Part shown: positions 1 through 12,061 of the stretch, in pieces
Position numbering within the stretch: position 1 is the first letter of the stretch
How the letters are laid out: every line of letters begins with the position of its first letter
Assembly (NCBI RefSeq): GCF_018977255.1
Contig: NW_024704743.1
Span: 75,022,001 to 75,086,000 of the forward strand
Reading direction: 5' to 3'
From: Callorhinchus milii
Lineage: Eukaryota
DNA length: 64,000 nt
Notes under the pieces: generated by a model
The model's input: the letters and a program-made list of their open reading frames with translations, nothing else
What the model was told of the DNA's origin: nothing
The model's database searches: none
Program-made: the position numbers and the translations under genes

Positions 1-1830
1 TAATATCCAACTATAGTTTAACATAGATCAGTGTTGCCATGAAATACTTCAGTAACTTTGTTTTTAAACAATTCCACATAATACATCTTTTCCCACTAGA
101 TTTTTGGAAAGGTATTCTAGATTCTGGATCAATCTTTAGAAAATTTAGTGTACAAACTTGACTGCACAAATATACCTTTGCACATCAATCCAAGATTAAT
201 TTTATTGTGCACCTTCAATTTAACTCATTCTTACAACATTTCTAAAATTCTTCAAGTTCACACTTTTTTTTGAGACAACAAAGGACTCCAAAAAACAGCT
301 TCCAGATTCAAACAGAATTTAACATGACTTTCCAAAATTACGTTCAATCTTCAATTTCACAATAATAGCCTAAAACCACAAAAAAGTATGCTGAAATATA
401 GTACAAGCAGAAAGCATCACAGATAAACATGGCAAAAAAGATACTCATTATGACAGTCACATTTGCCCATACACTCATTATCAGTCACATTTTCTCCATT
501 TCAAAGATTTACTAGGTGTTCGATAAAAGAAAAAAAAGTCAAGACAAAGTATGCAACTTGCTTGCAATTTAAATCACATGAAATCACAAGTTATCCACTT
601 TGCTTCTGAATGTTGAACACTTCTAGTTATGAAACCAGAATTCAATAGAAATTTACCGGAATCTTAGGAAATGAGTGCACACATTCAGATATTTATCCAA
701 TTATCCACACATTCCAGTGACTGCAGGTTGAATCATCCCTTCAATCCTGTGAGTCATAACTTTGCACCCGGCATTCTCATGAGTCCTAACCTCTGATGAG
801 GTGTGGAATGTATTAAATGGAATCAAAACATTTGTGCTGTGGGGTACGGCTGGAGCTTTAACAGCTAAAACCAGGTATGTTGCCATTGAAAGCACTGTCT
901 GGCAAGCTTCCTGCTGCTAAGGACCATCATACCTAGAAGGGCTTTGGATTGCAAGGTTAACAGGAGATAAGTAGGAAGAATCCTTGCCTCCAATGCCACT
1001 TGCAAGTCCTCCTGAAATGCCAGGCTAGGAATGACTTGATTGAATTCCATTGCAAGAGCCAGTTCAGGAGACCTCACACACCCCCATTCGAGAAAATTTA
1101 AACAAAGCATGTAGCTTTCCTGATGGGCAAGAATCTTATTACTATGAAATAGCCATAAAAACTTTTAACATTTAAATGTTTCATCATACGTTGGAATATC
1201 ATAAAACCATCAAATGTACTGGACCCACCTTAAAAAATTCAGCACATTATTACAAATAAAAAATATGACTATTAATTATGATAGATAATATTAAATAATT
1301 CATATTGTTGAATGAGAACATTGAGCCTTTAACCTTTTGTCAATTCCTGCCTAAACTGAGCAAACAAAAGCCATGATCTGCTAGTTGAATGAATGAGTTC
1401 TTAGTTGACATGGATCGCTGCCACAAGATTGTCAATGCAGCACAAAGTCAGCAATTTCATTCAACACAACACAAGATTGGATATGTTAAATTAGTGCAAT
1501 TTTTAGAGGGAGCTCTATTTTAAACTTAACTTCTGTTTCCCTGACCTAGAAGTGCTCAATCCTGCATTCCTTTAGCTCAATACTTCCTACACATTAGTAA
1601 GCACAAATTTGAATTGAAGTGATTGTTTTCTAAATGTAACCAATACACTTTAAAACAATTGCATTCATTCAAGTTCCAGAAACACCATATTTGATCATTT
1701 GTTTCCTCTGTCGAGTTAATTCACATTGAGGCCATCTCACCAAGTCAAGAAGATGCTGAAATTGACACACCATCAAAAAAGCCTCCTTAGTCAATGTACC
1801 AGAAGATGCTTCTGGAATGGGTATGATAGG

Positions 1831-2291
1831 GCTCCGTGACCCCATCACTCCCACCCTCGCCCGACTCCACTGGCTCCCCATCCCTCAGAGGATTGAATTC
1901 AAGATCCTCGTCCTCACTTTCAAGGCCATCCATGACCTTGCCCCCTCCTAACTCTCCGACCTGCTGACTCCCTACCAACCTACCCGCTCCCGCCATTCAG
2001 CAGGCTCCAGCCTGCTCCATGTCACCCACCCTACTATCGGTGGCCGGGCTTTCAGCTCTCTGCCCCCACACTCTGGAACTCCATCCCACAGTCCCTTCAC
2101 CTTGCTTCATCCCTTGCCTCCTTCAAGGCCGGTCTCAAGACCCCCCCCTTTTCGATCATGCCTTCAGTCACCCTCCCAACTCTCTGCCTTCCCTCACCCC
2201 TACCCCATGCTCAGGTCCTGACCCCTAACTGTCCAGCACCTTGGGACGTCCTCCCTATGTGTAGGACGCTCTATAAAATTTGTTGTTGTTG
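1831..2291 (+). mobile_element. L2-clade LINE 3' fragment
   Basis: Translates in part to the L2 ORF2 C-terminus (LHWLPIPQRIEFKIL, as in ORF 11015-11737); ends in the shared stem-loop and (TTG)n tail. Confidence 0.85.
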
Positions 2292-2409
2292 ATAGAACAC
2301 TTTGTAAATTCATTCCTATCTGAAAATCTCATCCACAAACAGTGAAATAAATTCTTTAGAAAAAAAGACTGATGTCAAATTCAGAAAGATAATAAAACAG
2401 CACAGTACT

Positions 2410-2770
2410 GCTAGATTAGAGACTCTGCCTCCTAACCAAATGCTTGCAGGTTCAAATCCTAGGGTTGTTGTCACTCAGACTCACCTGGCTCTTCTTGGAA
2501 GTGAGCCAAGTATTAGCCAGACCACTAAATAAGCAATTTGCTGTAGCTGCTCACTCCACCTGAGAGCGAAGGGAAAACCCACTTGGATTTTTTAGTGAGC
2601 AATGCATTATACCAGGATCCAGGCACCTGCAGTTTCCATTTGAAAGCAAACGCTACAAATTCCTACAGGAAGGAATCAGCATCCGACAAATCCCCCTGAC
2701 CCCTGGAATACTTAAGGCTTGGTGAGACACAAGTACAGCTTCACCCCAAGACCTTGAAGGCTGCAGAAAA
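2410..2770 (+). mobile_element. Degenerate interspersed repeat with Pol III B-box-like head
   Basis: GGTTCAAATCC at about 2449-2459; no convincing cloverleaf; family not recognised. Confidence 0.3.
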
Positions 2771-3899
2771 TGCAATAATAATACAAATCAACACTCAAAA
2801 AATAAGGGAACAAGGGCACTAACATTATCTAAGTATGCATACTGGTTGCTGTTCTAGTCCTGAGCTCACGAGTTCAGTGTGTTTTCTCTCCCTTCCCTCT
2901 TCAATTTTTCAAATGCACCTTTCCTTGCAAACTTAATCTTCCCTGATCAATATTCTTCCTTTATCCAAAGCCACCCTGAAAAATGCAGATCAACTTCGTG
3001 TTTCTGGATGTTGCCCACACATATTGGCTGCCATATTTGTCACCATATTATTCACCACATTTCACTTCAAACCAGCTTTTTAATTCCAAACTGAGACATT
3101 TTGACATAATTAAATTATATTGAATCCAAATATTATTTGAGTTTTAGAAACAAAAATAGTCATCTCAAGACCAGATGTCTCATTCTTATCGATGAAAGAG
3201 TGACCAAGAAAGTAACTTCTATACAACAAAGAGGAAGACAAATGGTGCACCATTTTTAATTTTCAAATGCAAAATGAAATTGACATAATTTTTCTAGAGT
3301 CTAGCAGTTTTCTAACCTTTTAGATCTATGGAATGTGCTTGATCTCCCCGGGGAGCAGCATACCCACACTACCATGGTATTCATTACTTCTAGAGGTCAG
3401 AAGACCAGTGCAGGTAAGACTCTGGGAACAATCACCTGCACATGTTCAGTCCTAACAGAATTAGCAAACTGTGTGTGAGGTAGTGACAAATTAAGTCTAC
3501 ATATGCAATTTACAGCACCAAAACAACATAAATCTGAATAATGTTCCTGGCTTGTCCTTGGTTTCAGTTAGTGCCCCAGAAAACAATTGGTATGTAGAAG
3601 TTGTATAACATTGTGGGCAATAGATATACAAGCAAAAAGAATTTTAACCGTCGTCAGATTTTTTTTAAACTCATCTGACACGTGCTCTTCATTCCTCAGA
3701 AACAAATTGTGGGAAAAGAGACAGGTTTAAATCTTGAAACAACTACCTACCAACTGGTTTTAATTTACATTCATAATCATGTCCACAAAAATTACTAGTG
3801 TGCACCTGTGTCTCTTTAATATACATTCCTGTAGTAAAGCAGGAATTTTCACACCTTGTATGGAGCATTGGCTGAGTTAAATGCAGCTTGTCCCACAAC

Positions 3900-4110
3900 A
3901 GTAAGTAAGAACATGGGAAAACATGAACCCGAGAAAGCCATCAACACTGCTCCTCCACTGCCTCGCCCTTTCACCACACCCGTCAACGCCTTTACTACAC
4001 AAATATCAGTTCACCCATCTTTCAACTATCCCTATTGATTCTACTTCTACAGCTTTCTGGGGAAGAGCATTTCACATCTTCAGCATCCTCTATGTGAAGA
4101 CTATTTCTGC
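3900..4110 (-). mobile_element. Ancient CR1 LINE 3' end fragment
   Basis: Reverse-complement similarity to the CR1 ORF2 end and 3' UTR at about 45340-45597. Confidence 0.55.
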
Positions 4111-5511
4111 TGCTGAAAGTTAGTGATGTGAAAGCAATCAAGCCCTATGATTAATTCTCCCATTCCTTTGATGAATACAATTTATTGTTTCTCTTAAGGA
4201 GCTGTTTTAACCCTGCAAATGTAAAAGCCAAATTAAACTTTAGCTTGATTCCAGAAACATTATCAAACCAGAGTAAACGTTGGGATCTATTTTGACTGGT
4301 AAGATCCCAGGTTACACCTTGACCTTCCCACACACCCAGCTCTTCACATGCCAATTTTATTATTTTTAATGTGGCTGAACAATAAAATATAATGGCCACT
4401 TCAATCCCAAAATAACACATCTTGACACTGACCGAAGGTAAGTGTATTCTCCAATCCAATTCTATTAAACCATACTTTTGGTTCCATACATGAAAGTAGT
4501 GTAACTGCAGCTGGAGATTTCACTGTAGATCCCCAAGAAATTTGCACCCTGACACTTGGTGATGAAATAGAATGAATTTTGGACCAAAATGCACGATGTG
4601 AATCTCAAAATAGCACCAATGGGGGAAAAAAAATGCCACTGGATTACTGGAGAACCTCCTGAACTTGCAATAGCTACCGTGTGTGTAAAAAACCACACTC
4701 ACACACACAAAAAAAAATTAATTTAAACCGTTACAAATGGAAAAACAGGAAACATGCGGAAGCATTCTATGCCTTAAAAAAAAAGGGGCCGAGCAGTTAT
4801 CGTTCACCCTTCAACCTGTGAGCAATTTTGTCCTGAAAGGTTTCCGTTGCTGATAGCACATGGTATCTCAATGTGCCTTCACATCTCCTCCCGTGCCTTT
4901 GGGTTCGGCAATGCCTCAACTTTGTGAACCGTCACAAGGCATTTCGCATTCCCTCCTCTAGTCCTCCCCCTCCCCAACTGCACGGCACAGTCTTCACCCA
5001 TTTCTTCCTTCCTTCCTTCCTTCCTTCCTTCCTTCACGACAAGCCCTCATTCCTCGCCTCACACACACATCCGTGCGCCCCCCCCTCCCCCTCCCAAGCC
5101 TGTCCCAGGCCCGCCATGGGCTGCTGCTCCCCCTCACACGCTACCACGCCTCCAGTGCCTGCCGCACCCCCCCCTCCCTCCCTCCCTCCCCCCCCACCAC
5201 CACCACCGGTCTCCCTCAAGACCCCCCCCCCCCCCAGAGGGTGGGCTGTGCTGTGCGGTGGGTAATGGTCCGCCCGGCGTCAGTGCCGCGCCCCGTCACC
5301 ACAGCCGCCGACTTCCGCTGTGTCTTTTTCTTCCCCACTTCCTACACCCGTCACGCCGGCAGCTGCCCGGCAGGCCGCCCGCCCCCCTCCAACCATCCCC
5401 CGCCGCCCCCCTCCAACCATCCCCCCCGCCCCCTCCACCCCCCCGGCCCCCCCCCCCCCCACCCCCCCCTCCCCCCACCCCGCCCTCCATCCCCCACCGC
5501 CCCATCCTCCT

Positions 5512-5720
5512 CCCCGCGGCCTCCCCCCCCCCCCCCCGCGGCCTCCCCCCACCCCGCGGCCTCCCTCCCTCCCCCCCCCGCGGCCTCCCTCCCTCCCCCC
5601 CGCGGCCTCCCCTCCCTCCCCCCCCCACCCCGCGGCCTCCCCCCTCCCACCCCGCGGCCTCCCCTCCCTCCCCCCCCCACCCCGCGGCCTCCCTCCCTCC
5701 CTCCCCCACCCCGCGGCCTG
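5512..5720. repeat. GC-rich tandem repeat (CCCCGCGGCCTCCC... units) at the start of CDV3 intron 1
   Basis: About 9 recurrences of CCGCGGCCT separated by C-rich spacers. Confidence 0.85.
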
Positions 5721-5740
5721 CACTCGGTGCTCGCTCTCAC

Positions 5741-6186
5741 CCGCGCCCTCTCCTGCTGTGAGTCCAGGCCCTCGCCCTTGCCTGTCCGCTCCTTCTCCCG
5801 CTTGGTTTTTTTCGAGGCGGTCACGGTGGCGGTGGTGGCGGTGACGGCGGCGTTAACGGCGGGGCGGCGGCGGCGGCGGGGGGGGGAGGCTCGGGGCCGC
5901 CCTCAACCCCGGCGGCTGGCGGCGGCGGCGGCGGCTCGGAGGCCGACGAGGCGTTGGCTGGCGCTGCGGGGGCGGCGGCCGAGGAGGTGGTCGCGGCGGC
6001 GGCGGCGGCGGCGGGGGGGGCGGCGGAGGCCGCGCTCGGGGCCGGGGTGGAGGCCGGCGGCGGCGGGTGGGCGCTGGTGGCCTGGGTCGCGGGGCCCGAC
6101 TTGGCCGTCTTGGTTTTCTCTTTCTTCTTCTTCTTGTCCCTCTTGGCGAAGAAGTCGTCGAGGCTGCGGTGCTCGCTGTCGGCCAT
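5741..6186 (-). CDS. CDV3: Protein CDV3 homolog, coding exon 1 (apparent 1-nt frameshift near 5861-5886)
   Basis: MADSEHRSLDDFFAKRDKKKKKEK matches the CDV3 N-terminus (human MAETEERSLDNFFAKRDKKKKKE); ATGG context; candidate donor CGG|GTGAGA at 5741/5740; synteny with BFSP2 and TMEM108. Confidence 0.9.
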
Positions 6187-6542
6187 GATGACGGCGGCGG
6201 CTGCTGCTCCTCTCTGCGCTGCTGGTCTCTACGGCTATTGACGCTCGGCCCGCACCAGCCGCTCGCCCATGCCGACTCCGCGCAACCTAACTTGTCTGGC
6301 TGGCTGGCCCCGACCGACCGAACCGGAACCGGAAGGGCTGCCGGCCGGGCTGATTGATGGCTGGCCGGGACCGCGCCGCCCAATCACAGGGCTCGGACCC
6401 GCCCGCTCGCCCCATGGCGCCACTGAGCCAACCCCCGCGCCGGGAGTCACGCGCGTTCCAGGCAGCAGGTTTGGTTACACCACGAGCGGCGGCGGCACAG
6501 TCTCTCTCCTCCACCGCAGACCCCACCTCCTCCTCCTCCTCC

Positions 6543-6562
6543 TCACACACACACACACACAC
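6543..6562. repeat. (CA)n microsatellite
   Basis: Read directly. Confidence 0.9.
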
Positions 6563-7094
6563 AGAGCCGCTCCCGCTCACTCCCCGCCCCCGGCACACAG
6601 CCCGCGGAGGCCCTGCAGCCCAGAGAGCAGCAGCGGGAAGCCCCCGCCGCCTCAAGCCATCTCCCCACGTGGCCGAACAGAAAGCGAACATGTGGCGCCT
6701 CGTCTACGGAGCACAGCCACTGCCCTCCCTCCCTCCCTCCCTCCCTCCCTCCTGCCGCCCTCCCTCCTGCCGCCCTGTGCTCCTGCCCTCCCTCCCCTCC
6801 CCTCCCTCCTGCCGCCCTGTGCTCCTGCCCACCCCCCCGACTGCTTCTCAGCCACAGACCTTCAAACATTGGTCTGCCATCCCCGCCTCCTGACCCTCAC
6901 CCTCTCAGCTGATGCCCTTCAAATGTCCAAACTGCAAACGAGTTTCTGCTGCTGGTCACTTCCGAGGCCTTGTGAAGGGTGGGGGGTGTAGGAGGGCTGG
7001 TGCTGCTGCTCTGGCTGCCATAGCCATCAAGAGATTTTGAGGAGATTTCTTATTCCAGGCAATGATTTCTTGGGAGTTTGGTTTCAGTACTATT

Positions 7095-7442
7095 GGAGTC
7101 CTGCAGCGTATTGCCGAGAGCACTTGCCTCGCAAGTGAGAAGACCTGTGTTGGATTCCCGTGCGGGGTGAAACCTTATTACCGCATGCCTCTGTTTGCCC
7201 AGCAGTAAATAGGAGCCAAGTTGTTAATCGATCAGCAGATTGCTTTTTGGGGTAATCATCCATAACAAAATGATGACAATTTGGTTACTCAATCTACAAC
7301 TGTAGGTCACTGCTGTGTGCAATTGGCTGCTGCGTTTCAGCCACAAAATATACAGTCAATTCACTTTACAATATATTCTGTGAATCACTTTGAGACGTCT
7401 CAACGACATGATAAGGTGATATATCAAATGGAAGGATTATTC
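7095..7442 (+). mobile_element. tRNA-derived SINE, longer variant with CORE-like segment
   Basis: Degenerate GGAGTCC tRNA head, GCCTCTGTTTGCCCAGCAGTAAATAGG segment, shared 3' tail. Confidence 0.8.
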
Positions 7443-7504
7443 TTTATTGCCGGGAGTTGTGGAGGTTCAGTCTGTTCCTTTGGTGGTAGAGATGCTAGGA
7501 TTAT

Positions 7505-7776
7505 CCTCCGTTCCTCTGGCTCCGGTCTGCTCCACGTCCCCCGCCCCAACCGCCCTACTATCGGTGGTCGGGCCTTCAGCCTTTCAGCCCCCAGGCTCTG
7601 GATCTCCATCCCCCAGGTCCATCCCTGACCATTTCCCCCCTCCTCTCTCCCTCCCTTCCCTCCCCTCACCCTGACCATTTCCCCCCTGCTCGGGTCATGA
7701 CCCAACTGTGCAGCGCCTTGGGACGTCCTCCTGGCGTGAAAGGCGCTCTATAAATGGAATCTTGTTGTTGTTGTTG
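7505..7776 (+). mobile_element. L2 LINE 3' fragment
   Basis: [14 protein letters not shown] coding remnant, 3' stem-loop, (TTG)n tail. Confidence 0.85.
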
Positions 7777-7918
7777 TAGCCACTCTGCCTCCACCATCCT
7801 GTTCAAAGGAACCAGGATTTGTTTGTCCAAATCCCCTAATGGTGTGCTGGGATTTAAATGGGGATTTATCTTTTGGTCATCCAGGTGTTTTGATGTGGAA
7901 ACCCATCACCATACAAAC

Positions 7919-8224
7919 TAATAATAATCTTTGCATTTGATATAGCACTTTTCACGTCTTCTAGACGTCTCAAAGTGCTTCACAGAATAGACTGTAAAGT
8001 GAATTGACCGTATATTTGTGGGCAAAACACGGCAGCACAGCAGTGTCCCACAAACAGTCGTGGATTGAAAATGACCAGTTTATTATTGTTTTGTTTTGGA
8101 GGGATCATCATTAGGCTCTGTGTGGAGTAAGGAAACTTGCCCAATGTTTCGCCCTCTGCCTGGAATTGAACCCAGGTGTCTCGCTTGCAAGGCGAGAGCT
8201 CTAACCACAGAGCTACAGGACTCC
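7919..8224 (-). mobile_element. tRNA-Ala-derived SINE, full length
   Basis: Reverse complement of the 8291-8604 copy, including head and (TTA)n tail. Confidence 0.9.
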
Positions 8225-8290
8225 ACGAGAAACTGAGAATTCCTTGAAACCCACCTCTACATGGAAATTCTAGAGAAGGATCGTTGGAAT

Positions 8291-8604
8291 GGAGTCCTGT
8301 AGCTCAGTGGTTAGAGCACTCGCTTTGCAAGTGAGAGACCTGGGTTCAATTCCAGACAGGGCGAAACCTTGGGCAAGTTTCCTTACTCCACACGCCTAAT
8401 AATAATCCCTCCAAAAACCCAAAACAATAATAAATTGGTCATTTTCAATCCATGACTGGTTGTGGGACATTGCTGTGCACAATTGACTGCTGCGTTCGCC
8501 CACAAATATACAGTCAATTCACTTTACAGTATATTCTGTGAAGTGCTTTGGGACGTCTAGAAGATGTGAAAAGCGCTATATCAAATGCAAGGATTATTAT
8601 TATC
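8291..8604 (+). mobile_element. tRNA-Ala-derived SINE, full length
   Basis: A box TAGCTCAGTGG, anticodon arm CTCGC-TTTGCAA-GTGAG (TGC), B box GGTTCAATTCC, stem-loop and (TTA)n tail. Confidence 0.9.
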
Positions 8605-8764
8605 AATTGAAAAAAGATGGTATAGGATGGGAGAAAGCAATTTGACTTCTTTAAAGGACAATGTACAGTTCGCACAAGTATTACATTTCTCCAACTCATC
8701 TAGTGTCCTCCAGACAGAAATAGCTACAGGCATATATCCGAGAAAAGAAAACTACAATGGAAAA

Positions 8765-10172
8765 TTGAGTTTCCTTACTCCACACACCTCTGTTTACCTA
8801 GCAGTAAGTAGGAACCCGATTGTTATCCATCTGCAACCAGGGCTCCCTCTGCCTCCTTGTCCTCCTTGATCTCTCTGCTGCCTTCGACACCGTTGACCAT
8901 TCTATCCTCATCCACTGCCTCTCCTCTCACCTCAACCTTCACAGCTCTGTCCTTGACTGGTTCAGATCGTACTTCTCACACCGCCTTCACTTCTCCACTG
9001 ACGGTTTCTCCTCTAGTCCCCGCACCGTCTCGTACGGTGTTCCTCAGGGCTCTGTCCTTGTTCCCCTTCTCTTCAATATCTATATGCTCCCTCTTGGTGA
9101 CATCATCTGCAGACATGGGGTCAACTTCCACATGTATGTGGATGACACCCAACACATCCTCTCTGACTCCACCCTTGACTCCAGGACAACTGCTGTCGTG
9201 ACAGAATGTCCGTCAGACATCAAGTCGTGGAAAAGAGCTAACTTTCTTCAGTTGAACGTCAACAAGACCGAGGCTCTCCTGATTGGCTCCTGTCAGCGCC
9301 TCCACACCTCAGGCGCAGACAGCATCACCATCCATGGTTGCACACTCCACCTTGTTAGCCAGTCCAGAACCCTGGAGTCTTGTTTGACCCTCAACTATCC
9401 TTTCTACCCCACATCTGTGCCGTGACCTGCCCTGCCTTCCCCCACCTCTGCAACATCGCCCCGCGCCACCATATCTTACACCGCAAGCCACCGAAACCCT
9501 TGTACACGCTTTCATTACTTCGAGGCTTGATTATGCAAACTCCCTGCTTGTCGGCCTCCCCAACTCCTCCCTCCATAGGCTGCAGATCTGCCTCCACCCT
9601 CTGGAACTCCATCCCGCAGTCTCTATGCTTCGCCCCCTCCCTTGCTTCCTTCAAAATCCATCTCAAGACCCTCCTCTTTGACCATGCTTTCGATCACCCT
9701 GCTTCCCCCTCCCTTCTTTCTCCACTCTTCCCAAACTTGACCCCCAGCTTGGATCTGAAACTCTGACTTGGGAAGTCCTCCCGATGTGAAAGTGCGCTAT
9801 ACAAATGTGATTTTGTTGTTGTTGTTATTAGTCAATTGGCTTTTCCTAAGGTAATCCCTTCAAAAAAAAATTGGTCACTCAATCCATGACTGTTTGTGGG
9901 ACACTGTTGTGCGCAATTGGATTCCGCTTTCACCCACAGAATATACAGTAAATTCACTCTACAGTTTTGTTTTGAAGACGCGATAAGGCATTATATCAAA
10001 TGCAAGGATTATTATAATAAAAAAATTTGGTCACTCAATCCGACTGAGACACTGCTATACTCAATTGGCTGCCGCATTTCGCCCACACAATACACAATAT
10101 AATCTGTGAAGTACTTTGAGATGTCTCAACGACATGATAAGGCACTATATCAATTGCAAGGATTATTATTTA
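8765..10172 (+). mobile_element. SINE split by an L2 insertion (8765-8826 and 9828-10020), followed by a second SINE 3' part
   Basis: The two halves join to match the uninterrupted copy at about 60626-60870 (GGAACCCG.TTGTTAGTCAATTGGC). Confidence 0.75.
8827..9827 (+). mobile_element. L2 LINE, 5'-truncated, with RT remnant
   Basis: ORF 8820-9425 has [27 protein letters not shown] and LQLNVNKTE motifs; frameshifts and an internal deletion; (TTG)n tail. Confidence 0.92.
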
Positions 10173-11023
10173 TATTGTAAGGTTGAGGGGATTCAACAAA
10201 AACAACTTGCATTGAAATGCGCCCTTCATCTGCGGTTGTATCTTGGAGTCCGTAACAATGATGGAGTTTGACTTCTAGAGTGGGGAGGTGACCGTTGGGA
10301 CTTCAGATGTGATCTGAAAATGAGGAAGGAGGAAGAGAGTTACATAGTTTCAGAGAGGTTAAGGAGGTCAGAGCCACAGGTGAGCAGACATTGACGGGAG
10401 CTAAGGAGTATCGTTTCTGATCCTCAGATTAAAAGAAATTGCCTTTTTATAAATTAATCTAATAAATGGCACCATTCACTGTAAACTTGTAGCTACTGCT
10501 AGTCGGTGCTCAATAGATTTATATATTGCATTTACTGACCTCCCCTGCTAGTTTAGATAACAATTAAGTAACTAACTGGAAATTCTTCAATTCTATCCAG
10601 TCTTAATGAGCCACTTAATTTATAGTTTAAACTCCCTGTGGGCACATAGGGTTTTATTATTGGTTTAAAGTTGCTTTGATTTTTAGAGCTCAGAGTTCCT
10701 AATCCTTTTTTTGTATCAAATGTGTAGATTATTAGGGACCAGGTAATGTACATACCAATTGCCTGGTACAGATTATGTTATCTTAAAATTACAATTAATT
10801 ATTAATCAATTAAGCATCATTAGGATCTTGAGGATCAGAAGGTTATTCAATGTGGCTGGTAAACCCACGATATAAAGTTCCTTGTTTTCAGGATTCTCCA
10901 ATAAATTAACCCTTAAACCGTCACCAGAGTTGACTGTGTATACTGAAAGGCCAAGCAGTGTGACTCTGAAAAAAATATTATGCTCATAAATCTACTCAAA
11001 CATCAGGGATGGCTTTAATGCTT

Positions 11024-12045
11024 TAATAACAACAACAACAAAATTACAGTTATAGAGTGCGTTTCATGTCGGGAGGACGTCCCAAAGCGGGGCCCAAGCA
11101 TGGGGGAGGGTTGGTGTAGGGGAAGGCAGAGAGGTGGGAGGGAGACCAAAGGCATGATCATAGAGAAGGGTCTTGAGACCGGCCTTGAAGGAGGCAAGGA
11201 AGGAAGCGAGGTGACGGGACCATGGGATGGAGTTCCAGATGTGGGGGCAGAGAGGCTGAAAGCCCGGCCACCGATGGTAGGGCGGGTGGGGCAGGAGACA
11301 TGGAGCAGGCCGGAGCTCGCTGAACGGAGGGAGCGGGCAGGTTGGTAGGGAGTCAGTACATCAGAGAGGTAGGAGGGAGCAAGGCCATGGATGGCCTTGA
11401 AAGTCATGACAAGGATCTTGAATTCGATCCTCTGGGGGATGGGGAGCCAGTGAAGTCGGGAGAGGGTGAGAGTGATGGGGTCATGGAGCCTGGTGTGTGA
11501 GAGTGCACGAGCTGCAGAGTTTTGGATGATCTGCAGCTTGTGAAGGGAAGAGTTGGGAAGGCCGATGAGGAGGGAGTTTTCATAATCGAGCCTTGAGGTG
11601 ACGAATGCGTGGGTGAGGGTTTTGGCAGCCTGAGGGGTGAGGCAGTGGCGGAGTCTGGCAATGTTGCGAAGGTGGTGGTAGGCAGTGCCAGTCATGGCGC
11701 GGATGTGGGAGAGAAAGGACAGTTGAGGGTCAAACAAGACACCCAGGTTCCTGACTGGCTTAGTGAGGTTGAGTGTGCAGCCGTGGAGGTTGATGCTGCC
11801 AGCGCCTGAGGTGCGGAGGCAGTAGTCCTGGAGTTGAAGGTGGAGGCAGAGAGATAGAGTTGGGTGTCATCCGCATAGATGTGGAAATTTACCCCATGTC
11901 TGTGGATGATGTCACCAAAGGGGAGAATGTAGAGGGTGAAGAGGAGGGGACTGAGGACAGAGCCCTGAGGAACACCACACGAGACGGTGCGGAGGCTGGA
12001 GGACAAGCTGTTTGCTGGGGCAAAGTGGAGGCGATTGGAGCTTAT
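11024..12045 (-). mobile_element. L2 LINE, 5'-truncated, with RT remnant
   Basis: ORFs 11692-12123 ([18 protein letters not shown]) and 11015-11737 (SRLDY, LHWLP); (CAA)n tail on the plus strand. Confidence 0.92.
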
Positions 12046-12061
12046 GAATAAAGCATAAGCC

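Larger units (their letters stand above)
5050..6900. promoter_or_regulatory. CpG island and promoter of CDV3
   Basis: Very GC- and CpG-rich stretch around the CDV3 ATG; CCAAT at 6380-6384, tandem CCGGAA ETS-type sites at about 6323-6335, GC boxes. Confidence 0.85.

Noticed and set aside
701..1110. Two adjacent minus-strand ORFs as CDV3 exons or an element remnant
   Set aside because: No similarity to CDV3 exon 2 (DEDEWKE...) or to any domain I recognise.
4873..6991. Many overlapping Pro/Gly/Arg-rich ORFs
   Set aside because: Stop-poor CpG island and low-complexity sequence; only the CDV3 frame has recognisable homology.
8291..8365. tRNA-Ala(TGC) gene (also 8150-8224 and 50904-50975)
   Set aside because: Each continues into a shared SINE body and tail, and the acceptor stem does not pair properly, so these are SINE heads.
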